DNA of 56,646 nt, filler included, from Platydemus manokwari (taxonomy: Eukaryota): NCBI GenBank assembly GCA_037951405.1. It is 5 parts of 5 records of this genome, joined end to end, with 100 filler letters (N's around TTAATTAATTAA, not from the genome) between each part and the next. Parts side by side here need not be neighbours in the genome. Positions count along the whole stretch, not along the records: positions 40,527 to 56,646 come from JBBMOY011212544.1; 4 more parts are not named here. One strand, written 5' to 3'. Of the stretch, positions 53,397-56,646 are shown one piece after another (the first letter of the stretch is position 1; each line of letters opens with the position of its first letter). The notes under the pieces were generated by a model that was not told the DNA's origin, made no database searches, and was given only the letters and a program-made list of their open reading frames with translations. The position numbers were made by a program, and so were the translations under genes.

Positions 53397-54321
53397 ATGC
53401 AATTTCATTATCCAAATTTAAATTATCCCAGCCAATATTATTATTCAACTAATGGGCCAGTTATAAATAATAATGTATACCCTCCTTACTTTAATTTTGG
53501 ATCAAATACGATGAATCACAACAGCTACAATGTTCCAAATATGCAAAACTTCTTAGAACAAGCTGCACCAAGAAAACCAGTTGAAATACCTAAAGTTAAT
53601 CAGAGTACTGAAATGCCCACTCCAATTTTGCAGTGAATTATGTTTTCTTTTAATGAATTAAACTAAAAATAATATCATCTTAGAAATATTGTTTGTACTG
53701 TAAACTTGGGTTGTTTGCTCGATTTGAAACAGATCTCTCTTAAGGCGAGGAATTCTGAATATAACCCAAAAAGATTTTCAGCAGTTACCATGAGAATTAG
53801 AGTTCCAAGAACCACTGCATTAATATTTTCATCTGGAAAAGTTGTGTGTACCGGAGCAAAAAGTGAAGATGAAGCTAAACAAGCGTCGAGAAAATTTGCC
53901 AGAATTATTCAAAAATTAGGATTTAATGTTTCGTTTAAAGGATTCCAAATACAAAACATTGTTGCATCTTGTGACATTAGATTTCCAATTAGCTTAGAGG
54001 CATTCAATAAGGAACATGGGGAATTTACAACGTAATATTTTTAACTACGATTATCTTCAATATTTAATTATGTTAGCTATGAACCAGAAACATTTCCAGG
54101 TCTGGTATATCGTTTGTTAGATACTAAAGTGATTATTCTTGTTTTCACATCTGGGAAGGTTGTTTTAACAGGTAATTTTAAGACAAATAAAGTATTGTTA
54201 TTTTCCAATAGGGGCCAAATTTAAAAACCAGATCGACGAAGCTTTCAAGAATATTTATCCAATATTATTCAGATACAGAAAAATACTTAAAGATGCCAAA
54301 AATGAGAGTTCAAAAAATTAA
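53397..54321 (+). CDS. TBP: TATA-box binding protein family member (divergent TBP-like); exons 53397-53632, 53684-54031, 54077-54171, 54212-54321
   Basis: [75 protein letters not shown] and [14 protein letters not shown]. The 40-51 nt introns keep the frame. Confidence 0.93.
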
Positions 54322-56646
54322 ATGATGTTTTGAAATTATATTTTTAAGAATAATAACTTTTTGTTTTAAAAAATTATTGGTTGAAGTTCTGACTTTTCTT
54401 ATTAAAGGAAATTAATGTTTTTAAATTATAGGATAACAAAGTTCCATTTTACTTCATTTTTTAAAATAAAAAATCAAACCAAATTTATCAAAATAATCGA
54501 ATAAATCTTGTTCTACAATTACTTTTTGTTATAAATATTGACCAAAAGTGTATTTATTCATAAAATGACAGATGAAATTCAAAAACAAAAATCATAATAT
54601 CTGATAAGCTTAACATGTTGCGCACTGTTTCGGTGCTGACGATAAGATAATTAAAGATCCATCTATTTATTGTCAAATATTGATCTTGCCAAAAATGTTT
54701 ATCATTTATACTAGAAAGTAGGCCTGTTCTTATTGTTATTATTATTGTTTTTAAGTATTTTTTTATCTGATCTCCTATTGAGCTGTGGTTATCAAAAAAA
54801 ACCAAAGCTCAATTCGCAAACTGCTCGAAATAGTTTACTATTTCTTAGAAATTACGAGCTTTGATATAACAGGAATCATCTTAATTTATCGCTTTTCGTC
54901 AATTTTTAACTCAAATTATTATTCATGATATAATAGTCCGAGGTTTTTAAATAATTTAATTTAATACTGAATTTTGAATCGCTTTATTAATGATTAAATT
55001 ATTCTATAATTTTTTTAGTCTTATTCGTCTCTGATCTGTCGCAGACTCTAAAATAATATAAAAGTACTAACAAAAATACCTTTATTATTTCTATTTGCAC
55101 TCCTCATAGGCAGGTATGAATGAATTTTTTTTCTAAAATATTCAGTTAATTTTATAACAGCTAAAATTTGCCAACAGTTCATCAAATAAGAAAAAAAACT
55201 ACCAAGAATGTATTACATCGTAACTAGAATTATTTTTCATACCTTTTTTTTATCATTCTGCATTATTAATAAAAATTAAGACATGATTTTATATTTTAAA
55301 TGATAGTAGATCTGTTAAGATGATTTTCTACATTCAGATCACACAGATGATTTGGTTGATATTTTCTTTGAAAATTTTTCAATAATCTTTCTGATTATCA
55401 AGTGTGACTCATGAAAATTTCGTGGTTTTTATCCACAAATGAAACTACGATTTATATATGTTCAATAATTGTCACAAGCAAATAAAATCAAGATTAGAAA
55501 TCTTCAAATATTTATTTTAAACCAATAATTAACTATTTTTCATTCTAATTTATTTACTGTAGAATGAATCCAGTGTTTGAATAAAAATGTGTAAATATTT
55601 TTTAAAATTAGATAAAACAAACGCGGATATCCTGCTTAATTACTGGATTCCTAAGACGAAGACAATAATGTGTATCGGCTGTTTATGCGTAGTACACATA
55701 AATATTCTAATTTAATAGAATGGAATACAGTGACAGTAGCTCTTTCTTTATTGTGAAAATGAAAAGTGAAGTTATTATTACACAATCAAATGATATATCT
55801 AAATGACGTATGATTGGTTCATTATAATTTACAAATAATTATTTTTCTTTTATTTAAAATAAGTTTTGCAAATTCGAAAAGTGTAAAATATCTTGTTACA
55901 ATTCTGTTTTATAATAATTAAAAAAAGGTTAATTTTACTATTTTTTGGTGTCAAGTTTCTATCTATTTAGATAGTGTCAAGAATTGAAAAAGGTGCAATG
56001 ATGGTTCCTATGAATGTATAATTGGTAACTTTAGTGCAATACCTTTAGTATAAGAAAATGATTATAAAAGGAAGGCAGTGATGTGATCAAATCGAATCAA
56101 AAAAGAAAGTATAGAAAAGGTCTTATTGATTTTAAGAAAGTCGGAGAATATTCTTCTTTAGTCGAGTTAAACTAAATGCTTAAAGTAAATGTTTCTTAAG
56201 TGAAAACTTAAATTGTGATATACTAAAAATAAAATCTACTTTAGATGTTGACTCCAACAATGCCTTGAATTATGTACTGAGAGGGTAAACTTTTCTTCAA
56301 TAATCTCTGCAATAAATGTAGATATAATAGCCGTTTGTTTTATTTCTGTCCTCTGGTTTAGGAGACGAATAATAGCTGTTCCTCTTTTTTTTAAATAAAA
56401 ATTTGTTCTTAGATATTTTAGTGGGTAATCTGAAAAAATAATCTATAATATCTTTTCTCAGTATAAAATAAATGTTATTTCCTCAAGAATTATTAATTCA
56501 TTTTATATTTATTAATAAGAAAAAATTCACAATTCTTCTACCCAAGCATAGAAGTTCGATGATATTTAAAGTAAAAAGATAACTCGTTTGCATCAATATT
56601 TTATTCTATTTCAAAATTACACCGTTTGTTTTTTAATATTAAAACA

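Noticed and set aside
56570-56646. Match to 21810-21886 (TTTCAAAATTACACCGTTTGTTTT)
   Set aside because: An ordinary dispersed repeat fragment cut by the window edge; nothing further can be supported.

Overview
Very AT-rich animal genomic DNA, most likely a planarian or related flatworm (inferred from many 40-58 nt GT-AG introns, (ATT)n microsatellites and gene divergence), with five assembly gaps. Host genes: a 13-exon CCDC170-like coiled-coil gene, a 2-exon secreted PAN/apple-like protein, an intronless rhodopsin-class GPCR, a 2-exon ELOVL elongase, a P5A-ATPase (ATP13A1/Spf1, 5' exons not found) and a divergent TBP-family gene. Transposon debris includes mariner, Merlin, a Ty3/Gypsy integrase remnant, LTR-like repeats and a 147-bp piggyBac-type MITE. 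The most striking feature is the more GC-rich retroelement fragment at 1-2368. It has a Gag C-terminus with three CCHC knuckles, then one long frame with a single TGA. That frame encodes an unknown region, a Bcl-2-like domain (BH1-like and strong BH2 motifs), a hydrophobic segment and the N-terminus of a chuvirus-type (class III-like) envelope glycoprotein. This suggests an enveloped retroelement carrying a captured apoptosis regulator fused to its Env precursor. All family assignments come from motif recognition, not database searches.
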